NCBI RefSeq assembly: GCF_009914755.1
Contig: NC_060947.1
DNA from: the human T2T-CHM13v2.0 reference genome, Homo sapiens
Direction: 5' to 3' (one strand)
Length of the DNA: 64,000 bases
Positions 16,479 through 32,591 of the stretch are shown here, piece after piece (the first letter of the stretch is position 1; each line of letters begins with the position of its first letter). Below the pieces are notes generated by a model. That model ran no database searches. It had not been told where the DNA came from and worked only from the letters and a program-made list of their open reading frames with translations. A program made the position numbers and the translations under genes.

Positions 16479-19098
16479 CTCCTAGCATTTGATAAATATT
16501 ATATTTGATTTTACCCAGATTATTTGAAACAAGTAGGGTTTGGATGAAGCTTTGATTTTTGGTTTAAAGAGATTTTCCCTGTAACGGTGGCTATCGCAAC
16601 AGCATCTGGCCTACTGAAGGCTGAATCTAATCTATCTAGCCAGTGATAATGGCTTAGCATTACACGGTTTCTTTGTCGCTGGCCAGGTCATGAGGAATTA
16701 CACACAAAGAACGAGGCGCAAGACTTATCAACCCGTAAAATTACGTAGCAGAGCAAGATATCTAACTGTAGTCTGATGTTATTTCATAGAGTCCCTGAAA
16801 CAGCATCAAGGACTTGGCTTCAAAGGGTTATTTTATAGTACTCTGTGGTACTTGACTTTTACCAATAGCTAAAGTCCATGACCGTATGTGTTCCAATATT
16901 TGCCAGAGACATGTTGGTGCCTTTAAAGCTGTATCAGTAAATGATTACACTAGAAAAATTTACATTCCTAATAAAATTAATGTTTGGCAATCAAGAAATG
17001 TTTTACTTAACTATTAGAAATCATCTAATAATGCAGTAACTATCATTATAGTAACATTTAACTCTTGTAATAAATGCATTACAGTCAGTTACACAATTAA
17101 AGAAATAATGTGGTAGTATGAATCCTAAGATAAAGAAATAGAGAACTATATTACCCAAATTAGATTATGTGTGAAACAATGGTGGATTAAAGAGTTCATT
17201 TATGGGAATGAGCTAAAAGAAAAATCACATGCAAAAGGGATAAAAATATACATTTTAGCTTTCATGGTAAAAAAAAAAAAAAAACTAAAGTAGATGATCA
17301 TTTATTAGTTCATGGAATAGTCATAGGGGTGCTGTAACTCGTGTTGAATTCACTAAATGATAATGTGACTGAGATGCAGTGTTAGAAATTCTGATTTAAT
17401 TTTTAAAATAATTATTTGAGCATTAATTAACTTGGAAGCATTCATCTTTTGTTCTCCAAAACATTTTAAATGAAAAAAATGTTAATTGTGTTGCTGTGAC
17501 AGTGATAGTATAGGATTAACCATTATAGTATTCACCTAGATACAACGAGGAATTTTAATGCTATTTAAATGAACTGGCCGTATTTTTGTGGATTTCAGTT
17601 TTAGATTTGCTTTGCAGAAATAATAAATAAACCTAGTGTATTTTGATAGCATTATGGAAAGCGGTAAGTAGTTGCAGCCTTTAGATACTTCTGAAAACCA
17701 GTAGAATGCATTCCTTTACTTGCAAGTGAGACCTTTGTATAAATTAACCTATAAAACCAAAATGTGAAATGATGATGTGCATGAGTACATCTGGATGTGT
17801 AGGAGGACCTTTAATTGCATGGTGACTGAGAAACCCTTTCACATATTGGAGAGATTACAAATGGCAGGAGATTATAGGAATTCTTTAAAGGAATTCAGTT
17901 TCTGTGGAGCAGGAGGCATTCCTATGGGTAAGCCTGGGTGTGCTTTATCATTGCCGGGACGTTTCAGTGTGGTCATTGGGTCAGATTGGCAAAGAAGGTT
18001 TCTTTATGGGGACAAATTTGTTCTTAAGTTAGATCTGTGAATCTCTGTATAAAACCGGGATGGCTTTATATCAACACAGATTCCTTCATAGAGCTGCTGT
18101 GTCTGTAGGGTGACAATTGCCCCATTTAAGCAATCATCAGAGATCATTTATTCCAACTGTCTCACGTCATACATGAAGAAAATAGAACCTGCTCAGTGAA
18201 TAAACTTTGAAATAGCGGTGTATTTTAGAAGACTGCTCTGTAGAAACATAAATAAATAGATAATGTATGTATAAAGATATAAATGCATAGTTGTATTCAG
18301 ATGCAGGATTTGGAGATAAATCTGACTTGTCCAACTCACAGTGAGATGTTTAGCAGATCCAGGTCACTGTTTTTTCCCATTGTAGGAACTATGTTGTATT
18401 TCCCAGGAAAACAATGTAATCATGGAAATAATATTTTCTTTATTTAAATTCAGAGATTTAATCCTAAGGATTTTAAATGAGCTGTCCTAAATTATTGTTA
18501 ATTATTTGTATGTTTAAAATTAGGGTTTTAATTTTATGTATGTAAACATTTATATGAATTACATTCCTAGATATAAATTCAATGTATCTTAGTTTTAGAG
18601 TCCAAAATTAGAAGTTATCTATTACGCTAGCATTAGAAACAGAAATTGAATCCGTTCTTCCCCTCGCCCACGGGCTTTATGATTCCCATCAAACTCAGTG
18701 GGAATTTTCCAGCGTATTGTTGAAAAAAGTGGGCTAATTAAGAACTACCATATGAACTATTACACATTAATTTTATGGCATTCATTGTTGTTTAATTTGT
18801 GAAATAACATCAATTTTTCTGATTACCAAAGTAATACATATTAATTGCTCTCAATGTAGCAAATACATAAGACTAAAAAGAAGTGAACTAATTATAATCT
18901 CAGTTCTGGAGAACTGTGAACAAGCTGGTATACATTTTCTAGTTATTTTTTCTATGTATGTGTCCAAAGGATAGCTGTAATTTAATGGTGTCTCATTCTG
19001 TAATGCTATTTAGTGATTGCTTTTTGGATATATCATAATAAACTTTTGCTATAAGAATTCAAGATTTGTCTAACATTACTCTTAATGGATTTATCATT

Positions 19099-19630
19099 TT
19101 TGGTGTAATTATGCCTTAGGTGCTGGACAAAGATCAGACCAGATGTGAGGAATGCTGAAAATGAAAGGTATGGATACCTATGACTTCTCCTCCTAAGTTT
19201 TGTCAAGCTAAAAAAGGTAAGAGAACAGATACGCACAGGACATATCTGAGGTAGGGTAGCTTCTGAATGTCCCTTTTCTGTCCATTGGCAGGAATTTGTT
19301 AGATCCGTGGTGTCCTGAGCAAAAGAGTTTGTAGGCTTTTATTTTGACCTCTGCTTAAAGGGTCACATAAGTGCCCCAAAGCATCATATACTAGCCCAAA
19401 AGTGAATACTTTTGCGACTCAAGAAGTACCGTTCATTACTAAGGCTTAGCGTTACAATTCCGGGTCCTAAAATAGTTGTTCTTTCACATTTATTCGCAAG
19501 CATAGCATTTTCATTCATCTGGGTCTGTGCATCAGGTTATACAATGGCCCTTTGTCTGTGCCTATATGGGAACTAGCAATTTTTTATTCATGTCCAAGAA
19601 AGGGCATTCCTGGCTGTTAGAACTGCATGT
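19099..19630 (+). mobile_element. LTR-like insert (possibly LTR37) interrupting an old L1 3'UTR
   Basis: L1ME-like sequence stops near 19100 and resumes near 19635; family and strand uncertain. Confidence 0.4.
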
Positions 19631-19889
19631 GAGTGCACCAGTGATTTATCTAATCACTGCTCTGTTGTGTGACCGTGGGTTACTACCAATCTATTTCTAA
19701 TATAAACAATGTTGCAATGAACGTTATGTGAAAATATATTTATGTGCAAGTCTGATTAGTTCCCTAAGGTAAGTGCCTGAAAGAGAAGTTGCTGGTTTAA
19801 AGGATTTGTGTAATTTTAAGGCATTTGATACATACTGTGAAACAGCCTAGTATAGTTAATGAGAATATTCCTTGTGTGCTTGAAAATGA

Positions 19890-20190
19890 GACCGGGCACG
19901 GTGGCTCAAGCCTGTAATCCCAGAGCTTTGAGAGGCTGAGATGGGTGGATGACCTGAGGTCAGGAGTTCAAGACCATCCAGCCTGATCAACATGGTGAAA
20001 ACCCCATGTCTACTAAAAATAGAAAAATTAGCCGGCCGTGGTGGCGCGTGTCTGTAATTCCAGCTACTTGGGAGGCTGAGGCAGGAGAATCGGTTCAACC
20101 TGGGAGGCGGAGGTTTCAGTGAGCCGAGATCTCACCATTGCATTTCAGCCTGGGCAACAGGAGCGAAACTCCGTCTTAAAAATAAAAAAA
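19890..20190 (+). mobile_element. AluSp/Sq-type
   Basis: Full dimer; TSD aaaatga. Confidence 0.93.
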
Positions 20191-20658
20191 TAAAATGAAG
20201 TATGTATTTCGTTTGCCGAATATAAATTTTAAATGTAAACAAATCTACAGTTGATTACACTCGTTTAAATTTTATCTGCTTGAACTACCAGTGTCTGAGA
20301 GGGTTGCATTAAAATCTCCCAAGTACATTTATCAGCTTAATTATTTGGCTGCATAGTTCAGCCACATGCTTTATTTGAAAGCTATATTATTGAGTGCATA
20401 CATGCTCATAGTCATTGTGTATTTCCCTCGATCCCTCTTGACCATTTACTGGTACATAATGACCTTTTCTTGAAATGAAAAGTTTTTACCTCTGCTTTTT
20501 TTTTCTGGTTCACATTTGCTCAGTTTACATTTTCCTGTATTTTTATTTTTGAATCACTGTATCTTTTTGCTCTAAATGCAGTTGCTCTAGATAATATCTT
20601 GGCATATATGTGTTTCTTAAAATAATCCAATCATTGAATCTCTTTTTATGATTCTAAA

Positions 20659-20855
20659 ACAGATGTTGTAAGCTTCCTCTGTACAAGGCCAGATAGTGAA
20701 ATATTTTCAGCATTGTGGGCCATATGGTATGTTTTCCAACTACTCAACTCTGCCATTATAGGATAAAAACATTTATAGACAATATGTAAACAGGTGGGGT
20801 CCCTATGACATTTTATATTCTGTTGGGCCCTCAGGTCACAGTTTGTGGAAACTGG
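20659..20855 (+). mobile_element. MER58A-like DNA transposon relic
   Basis: 'ggccagatagtgaaatattttcagc..tgtgggccata..caactactcaactctgcc'. Confidence 0.7.
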
Positions 20856-21684
20856 TTCTAGAGTTTAATCTATTTACATTTATTATAGTTAGTGTCATAT
20901 TGGGACTTACATCTGTCATCATAGTCTATGTTTTCTATTTATCCTTCTATTTTCGTTTATTTTTTTCCTTCTTTCCCATCTTTCACCTGGTTTGGAATTT
21001 GGATTTTGCTCCTATTGTTATCCTCCCTTCAACTTTCCTGCGATAATATTTTTAGTTCCAGGTTGTGATTAGATTTCTTTTGTAGTGTATCTTTTCTCTT
21101 TCATGTATACTACACATTCACAGTCACAATGGCATATTGCATTTAGATTTACTTATCTATATTTCAGTATTTATTGTCACCTCTGTTTCTTTCCTTTCAT
21201 CATTGTTTCCTCTCTTAAGGCTTTGGCAGAGTTTATTAGATGTTTGATCGGTGTCCATTAGTCTTTTCTTGAAAATATTACTCAAAGAGATCTATGGGCA
21301 CTATGTATATCTTGCCTGGATTTGGGGGTCACACTTTGTTTTTTTCACAGTGGTTTGCCCCTTAGCCTCCAACTTCTAGTTTTTGGTATTACAGATGACA
21401 AGTCCAGTATTAATTTAATTTTTTAAAAAGTTACTTCCCTCTCCAGATGCTATACTCATTTTCTATTTTTTTTTAAGATCAGTATATACCTAGCTGTATA
21501 TTCCTTAATGAGTCCCTTCTGGAAACCCCCATGTTATTTTCAATAGGTACACTCTGTTCAATTATTTCCTTAATGATTACTTCTTCATCTGTTGATTTTT
21601 CTCTTTCTGGAACCCCTATTAATTTCAGGGTCTATGCTCAAAGTTCCTCAGCTTTTCTAGCCAGATTTACATATCTTTCTTTAG

Positions 21685-23395
<1,711 letters not shown>

Positions 23396-23498
23396 TTTTG
23401 AGATTTTTCTTCTACTTGATCTTCCAAGGATGTAATTTGTGTTTGGGAAGTATTATCCCGTCTCATTTCATCGTTTAAATGTTTTAATTCACAACTGA

Positions 23499-23843
<345 letters not shown>

Positions 23844-24695
23844 GAATTTCTTTAAGTGTTTTTTTATTAACGTATTTTTATTGTCATCCATCTCTGCCAG
23901 CAGCTTCATTTCACTAGTAACTTGTTCTCTTGCTTTTTCATTCTTTACTTGACAATGGGTCGTCTTAAAGGAATTCTTACTTTCCTTTGCTTAGTCATGG
24001 ATATATTTATTATCAGAGCTCAGATCAAGCTATACGGTACCTTAAGCACTGGTAATCGTGATTGTGTCATGTGGCATGGTAGTCTTTATCCCTGTGCAGG
24101 TCACTAGTCCTCTGTGGCGATACTCGTATAATGTATTTCTGCCCTCTGGTCTCAGTTGCAAAAATTTCCACTCTGTCCCATTAGGCGTATAGAAGGCTCA
24201 AAGCATCTTATAAACTTCCGTAGCACAGTGGGAGCTAGGGACACCACTTCCCATCCTGCAGGAGGACTCACAGATATTCTCTGGCTAAACTCTTTCTAGC
24301 AGCTTCTCACCCCTGACTGGCAGATCATGAAGCTCTAGTCTCAGCAGATAGCTACACAGTCATCCTCTAATTTTGTGAGGACCCCAGCACACACGGGGCT
24401 TAGTTTTTATAGTCTTGGAGTTTCATAGATCTTTCTGCCTCAGCGGCAGTCTCGTAAATAGAGTAGACTTGTAGTTGGATTAGAATTGGGAGGTGAGGGT
24501 TGCACAGATATATGTTAAAGGCGGCATCTTCCCACAGCCTTTTTCCTGATTCCATCAACAATTCCTCACATAACCCCTCCAATTTGTAAATGCCTCCAGG
24601 TCATAGTAGTAAGTATTTGTAGAATTTGTGATTGACAGTTTTCTGCCCCCAAACAACTGCAGACACTCATATTTGGAAACTTGAAGATAACACTA

Positions 24696-25061
<366 letters not shown>

Positions 25062-25325
25062 TTAAAACCCATATGATTTCAGTTATCATAAACTAAATTA
25101 CATATAAACTTTAATTGTTTATCTTCTTAATAATTAGAGCAGGAGAGTTTTAAATTGCAGGCAAAATAGAGGTAAAGTAATATTTTTTTTACCCCCAGAG
25201 AGCTGGAAATGAAATAAAATATTTTACAACTCTTCAGGAAAAGAAAAGTGATACTTTGTCAAGTGTCAATGCAGGAAGCAACATAAATGAAAACAAAAAA
25301 TAATGAAATATCCAGTGTTCATACC

Positions 25326-25990
<665 letters not shown>

Positions 25991-26865
25991 TCATTTTCCC
26001 CAAAGCATTTATTCTTTAGAGTGATAGAAAAATGGACCCCTAAGAGGACGGTGTTTAACAATTTTGCAGAAAGTACCTTCTGGTAGCTACTATAATGTTA
26101 GGCTGCTTTTTCCTGGGATCCAAAATTTACTGTAGCATTTCATTGACTTAGAGCTAGTGTGACCATAGATTTTGGATTTTCTAGAAAGTTTTAATTTGGA
26201 GGATTCTGTAATATTGTCCAGCCATATTTTGTAGCACTAGGTTCAGAAATATGACCTGTATGTTGCCTTTGAATTTTGTGGCAGAGTTTCTTGAAGGTTA
26301 TAGAGGATGAACATCTATTAACTAGGTGATGAATAGGTAATGGATTTCGAACCTCTAGCCTGTTTAGCAATTCCTTCCATGTAAAATGATCTTCCTTTTA
26401 TGAAAATCTAGTCTTGACAGTGATATAGAAAAAAACCCGTAATTTAAATGGACAGATGATTCCCTGATGTGTTACCAGAGAAGTGGCTCCATTCGTGTTG
26501 TTCTCTGTTCTGACTTACCACTGAGAAGATAATGTTTAATCTCAATTCTAAAGACTTGGAATAAGTGAAGACCACAAATCACTAAAAATTTCCGGGGTTT
26601 CATATAACATTTTACTTTAATGTTCTTCTTGCTTCTTTTCATTTAAGCTTTCCAGTGACCTAGCATGTTCAGGCATGACATAGAATAACTAAAGAAAGAA
26701 GTACACTTAATTGAAGTTCCTAAGAATCTATCTGAAAAGGAATTTTCCACCTGTTGTAATTTACTGTGTTAAATATAATATGTTTTATAAATATAACATG
26801 TTTTGGTTGCATTTTAATTGCTTGTTCAGAAATACACCAGGGACTAACGTAATAGATGATATGAA

Positions 26866-27180
26866 GCTGTGTCGTCTACTATAGTAGCAACTGGCCGCAA
26901 ACGATTGCACATTTGTCACGTGGCCAGTTGCAATAGGAATGTGCTGCAAATGTAACATGCATGCTGGATTTTGAAGACTTAGTACAAATAAGATAATGGA
27001 TAATATGACGTTAATACATTGTATATCAAATACATAGGAAATGACAATATGTTAGATATATTGGGTTAAATCAAACATGAATTAAAATAATCTCAACTAT
27101 TTTATGTTTTTATTATGGCTATTAGGAAACTCTAAATGAAATAACTAGCTTATGTTATATTTCTATGAATCAGCACTTGG
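26866..27180. mobile_element. MER33-like hAT relic
   Basis: 'ctggattttgaagacttagtac..ttagatatattgggttaaat'. Confidence 0.7.
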
Positions 27181-27547
27181 ATAGAGAAAATAGATTTTTA
27201 AATGATTTAAAGGACCAGTTGATAAGAAGCTTTTTGCTGTTATTATCTCTGTTAGAGAGGATTTCAAGAAAGACTTGGGCTACTCCAGAAAAGCTAGTCA
27301 GCTGCTGGTCCTCCGTCAGAAAAATGCCAGTGTCAGTGTGCTGTAGGCAGGCCCCAGGTCACATTTGACTATTTGTGACTTATTGTGTTTGACTCATATT
27401 TAGTGCTCCATAAATGTTTATCGAATTAGTAATGACTTACCGTTGTAATTCATTGGCTTGAGATTCAGAAATAACGAGTTTTATTTCCAACTCCGCCCCA
27501 ACTAGCTCTGCGATCTTGCACAAAACACATCCTCTTTCCTTATGTCA

Positions 27548-27860
27548 TTTTTTTTTTTTGGGGGGGCGGGGGTGGACAGAATCTTGCTCTCTCGCCCAGG
27601 CTGGAGTGCAATGGTGTGGTCTCGGCTCACCGCAACCTCCGCCTCCCGGGTTCAAGCAATTCTCCCTGCCTCAGCCTCCCCAGTAGGTGAGATTACAGGC
27701 GGCCACCACCACACCTGGCTAATTTTTGTATTTTTAGTAGAGATGGGGTTTTGCCATGTTGGCCAGGCTGATCTCGAACTCCTGACCTCAGGTGATCTGC
27801 CCGCCTCGGCCTCCCAAAGTGCTGGGATTACAGGCGTGGGCCACCGCACTGCGCTCGGCC
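27548..27860 (-). mobile_element. AluS inserted in a MIR
   Basis: Full dimer; MIR-like flanks. Confidence 0.93.
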
Positions 27861-28323
27861 TCCTTACCTCATTTTTTTTTCCATCATAAAATGAGAAGGT
27901 TTAATGTGATGACTGAATAATTTTCAGCTCAGACATACTGTGGTACTGTTATGCGACTCTGTGTTGCTGGTCTACTAGGCAGTTAGAATGTCCATTTCTA
28001 AAGTGGCAAATAAGCTGCTGCTTTAGTCAGGATTTTATTTTGCATGTGTCTACCCTCTGATGCTGATTATTCTTTTTCTTGAATATGCTAACGTAGGTTT
28101 CTGGAACCTGCAAAGAACCACTCTTCTGTCATCCTTATCTAATAAATAAAATATTCTCATCTCTCAGTTTTCTCTCTCCCCTGTCTACAAAATTAAACTC
28201 TTTGATTATCACCCTTCTTGGAATTTTAACTTTGATTTTGCATTAGAATATACCCAGCTTCTCACATGAAGAGTCTCGGTTCAGATGAGAAGATGAGGGC
28301 TTTGAGGCATAGTGATGGCTTAC

Positions 28324-28844
28324 TGTGATGCCTTACCTTATTTTAACCTGATTGTCTCTCTTAGCTGAGAGAGCTGGACAGACTCCATTTTTGTTTCTTC
28401 ACTCGCAGTCCCCCTTATCCCCCTCCCTCAAGGACATAACTAGTGCAAGCTGACTCCAAGCACGTCCAGGAATGCACTTACTGATAAGAGATAGAGGCAA
28501 ACTGAACCAGCAGCTCCTGGGGATGCGCTCGATGGGTGGTACCCGAAGCCCCTGCATTATCTCTCTGTGATAGTTTAAGCCCCTGCACCTGGAACTGTTT
28601 ATTTTTCTGTAACTGTTTCTGTAACCATTAATCTTTTTAACTTTTTGCCTGTTCTGCTTCTGTAAAAATCGCTTCGGCTAAACTCCCCCTCCCCTATTTA
28701 GACCAAGGTATCAAAAGAAATCTAGCTCCTTCTTCGGGGCCGAGAGAATTTTGAGCTCTAGCTGTGTCTCAGTCGCCGGCAATAAAGGACTCGTGAATTA
28801 ATCTTGTAGTGTGGCATTTCTCTATAACTCGCTCGGTTACAATA
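28324..28844 (+). mobile_element. Solo LTR6 (ERV1, HERV-S71 family)
   Basis: Starts tgtgatgccttaccttattttaacctga..ttagctgagagagc, has AATAAA near the 3' end, ends ggttacaata; TSD ttac / tgac. Confidence 0.82.
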
Positions 28845-29280
28845 TGACCAGGTGACATGGAGAACCTGTCATAACTTGGGGCCTTAGTTTATTACTCCAT
28901 GGAATCCATCTAATAATACTCTATGTGTTTCTGCTGACCTATGTGAGAGAAAGTTCTAATCTGGCACCCATGCTTTCAAATGGGAGATAAAGAGGAACTA
29001 GGCTGGGTAGAAGGTACCAAGAAAGAAAGGAGTCTTTTAAGGAGATCATTCAACACACTTTATTTTTCCTCTTCATTCGTGTTTCAAGCCCCATTATGTT
29101 TATTCGCCTATGCATGTTCCCCAAAGCCACGTTCTCTCATCTGTTTCCCGTAACGATGGAGAGGACTGGAAACGCTGTTGAGTACTTTGAGCTCCTCAAG
29201 GAGTACAAATTGCTTGTTTCTGTACATTAACGAATTCTTTGACTTTTTCACACTTAGTTCCTTTCACTAAGAAGCTAATA

Positions 29281-29560
29281 GGCCGGGCTCGGTGGCTCAA
29301 GCCTGTAATCCCAGAACTTCGGCAGGCCAAGGTGGGTGGATCACGAGGTCAGGAGTTTGAGACCAGCCTGGCCAACGTGGTGAAACCCCGTCTCTACTAA
29401 AAATACAAAAATTAGCTGGGCGTGGTGTGGTGGTGGGCGCCTGTAATCCCAGCTACTCGGGAGGCTGAGGCAGGGAATCACTTGAATCCGGGAGGCAGAG
29501 GTCGTGGTGAGCCAAGATCGCGTCATTATACTCCAGCCTGGGCAACAAGAGCAAAACTGG
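29281..29560 (+). mobile_element. AluS without a poly(A) tail
   Basis: Dimer between perfect TSDs aagaagctaata (29269-29280, 29562-29573). Confidence 0.93.
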
Positions 29561-29937
29561 AAAGAAGCTAATAGTTCAGGAGTAGATGCCACATACAGAT
29601 ACAAATAACAACTTCAAAACAAAGAACATATAAGAAGTGCCAGTAGAATTCAGAGAAGACAGGCTAGAGGCATGAAGGAAAGCTTCAGGAAATACTTGAA
29701 CATGGGAAGAAAGAGAAGCGAGTAAAGCATTAAAGGCAGAAGGAAGAATGTAAGAAAGGGAATAAGGCAAAAGTAGGAGCCAAGTTAGTGGGACAGCTGA
29801 TACTCCCATTTGAATTGATACTCAGTCAGGATTAGTAAAATGAACTTTGTAAAATTACTTTAGAGTTTCAAGGGAACTCTAATGGGAAATACTGCAGATG
29901 TGAAAGATGCACAATGTGATGGCAAGAGCTGTCGACA

Positions 29938-32591
29938 GGGAGAGGTGGAGCAAGATTGCAGAATAGAAGGCTCCACCATTCGTCCCCTGCACAAGGACAT
30001 CAGGTTAACCACCACTACACAGATAAAAACACCTTTATAAGAACCAAAAATTAGATGGGCACTCATAGTACCTGGCTTAACTTCATATGGCTGAAAGAGG
30101 CAATGAAGAGATAGAAAAAAATGTCCAGAATCGCCTACGTGACCCCTCTTCCACCCTGGGTAGCAGCTGCATGGTACAGAGAGACTTTCTGGGAGCTGAG
30201 AAGGAGAACACAGCAACTGTGAGGCATTGAACTAAGTGGCATCCTGTTAAATCAGGAAGGAAAACTAGACCAAACTCAGATGACACAGAAGGAGCATTTA
30301 CACTAGCTCTAGCCAGAGGGGAATCGCCAATCCCAGCTCTCTGAACTCGAGTGCTCGGAAGCCTCACCACTGAAAGCCAAACTGCTCTTGGTCCCTAAGT
30401 AAACATGAAAGGCAGTCTAATCCATAAGGTCTGCAACTCATAGCCAAGTCGTAGTCTTGAATTAGGCCCAGAGACTGTGGACTAGAGAGACACGCAGCAT
30501 ACCAAGACATCAGCTGGGGCAGGCAAGGGGGTGTTGGCATCGCCACTCCCCTGACCCCAGGCTGCACAGCTCAACTTCGAAAGAGACCCCTTCCTTCCAC
30601 TTGAAGAGAAGACAAGGAAGAGTGAGTAGGACTTTGGCTTGCATCTGGGATACCAGCTCAGCCACAGCAAGACAGGGCAATGGTCGGAATCAAGAGGCCC
30701 CTGTTCCAGGCTCTAGCCCCAGATGACATTTCTAAGCACACTTGGACCGGAAGGGAACAAGCTACCTTGAAACAAAGGACCCGGTCCTGACAGCATTCAT
30801 TATTTGCTAATTGAAGAGCCCTTGGGCCCTGAATAATGAACAGTGATACCCAGGTACTATGTTTAGGGCCTTGGTGAGCCTCTGAGACTTGCTGGCTTTA
30901 GGTAAGACTCAGCATATTACTAGTTGTGGTGGCTATGGGACAAAACTCCTTCTGCTTGAGAAGTGCAGAGGGAAAGGCAGAGGGGACCTTGTCTTGCACT
31001 TTAGGTACCAGCACCAATATAGGGGGTTAGAGAGCCAAGTGGGCTCCTGGGGCCCCCCATTCCAGGACTTGAATCTTTGAATTTTTTTTTTTTTTTTGAG
31101 GTAGAGTCTCACTCCTCACTCTATCACCCAGGCTGGAGTGCAGTGATATGATCTCAGCTTACTGCGACCTCTGCCCCGGGCTCAAGCGATCCTCCAACTT
31201 CAGCCTCCCAAGTAGCTGGGACCACAGATGCGCACCATCTCACCCAGCTAAGTTTTTGTATTTTTGGTAGAGAGGGGGTTTCACCATGTTGCCCAGGCTG
31301 CTCTTGAACTCCTGAGCTCAAGCAATCCACCTGCCTCAGCCTTCCAAAGTGCTGGGATTATAGGCATGAGCCACTGTGCCTGGCCTGGGACTTGACTCTT
31401 GAATGGCATTTCCGGACCTGTCCTGGGCAACATGGATACAGTAAAAAAAGTAAAGAAACAACCCACAGACTGGGATAAATTATTTTCAAAGTACCCGTCT
31501 GACAAGGGATTAATATCCAGAATATGTAAGATGCTCAAATAACTCTGTAGGGAAAAAAATGTAATAATTTGATAGAAGAATGGGCAAAATATTTGAATAG
31601 ACATTTCTCGTAAGACATACTATGGCAAATAGGCATTTGAAAAGGTGCTGAACATCATTGATCATCAGAGAAATGCAAATCAAATCTACAGTGAGATTTC
31701 TCACCCCAGTTAAAATGACTTACATCAAAAGGACAGGCAATAACAAATGCTGGCGAGGATATGGAGAAAAGGGAACCCTTCCACACTATTGGTGGGAATA
31801 TAAATTAGCACAATCACTACGGAGAACAGTTTGGAGGTTTCTCAAAAAACTAAAATGAGGTACCGTATGATCCAGCAATCCCACTGCTGGGTATACACAC
31901 CCAAAAAAAGGGAGATCAGTATATTGAAGAGATATCTGCACTACTGTGTTTGTTGCAACACTATGTACAATAGCTAAGATTTGGAAGCAACCTGTGTCCA
32001 TCAACAGATGAATGGAGAAAGAAAATGTGGTACATAGACTCAGGGGAGTTCTATTCAGCCATAAAAAAGAATGAGATCCAGTCATTTGGAACAACATCGA
32101 TGGAACTGGAGATCATTATGTTCAGCAAAATAAGCTAGGCACAGAAAGACAGACATTGCATGTTCTCACTGATTTGTGGGATCTAAAAGTCAAATGAATT
32201 AAAATCATGGGCATAGAGAGTAGAAAGGTGGTTAACAGAGGCTGGAAAGGGTAGTGGGGGATGATGGTGGAGGCTGGGATTGTTAATGGGTACACAAAAT
32301 AGAAAAAGTAAATAAAACCTACTATTTGATAGCATGATAGGATGACTACAGTCAATAATAATTTAATTGCACATTTTGAAATAAGTTAAGGAGTGTAATT
32401 GGATTATTTGTAACTCAAGGTCTAAATGTTTCAGAAGATCGATACCCTGGTCTCCGTGATGTGCCCTGTTCTCCATGATGTGCTTATTTCACATTGCATG
32501 CCTGTATCAAAACATCTCATGTACTCTATAAATATACACAACTACTGTGTACCCACCAAAATATAAAAAAAACTGGAAAACATTTAAAAAA
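29938..32591 (+). mobile_element. Internally deleted L1MA (5'UTR joined to late ORF2 and 3'UTR)
   Basis: L1M-type 5' end 'ggagcaagattgcagaatagaaggctcc'; ORF2 C-terminus from ~31428; A tail; TSD aagagctgtcgaca / aagagttgtgggca. Confidence 0.8.
31082..31385 (-). mobile_element. AluJ
   Basis: J-type 'gggctcaagcgatcctcc'; nested in the L1 5'UTR. Confidence 0.9.
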
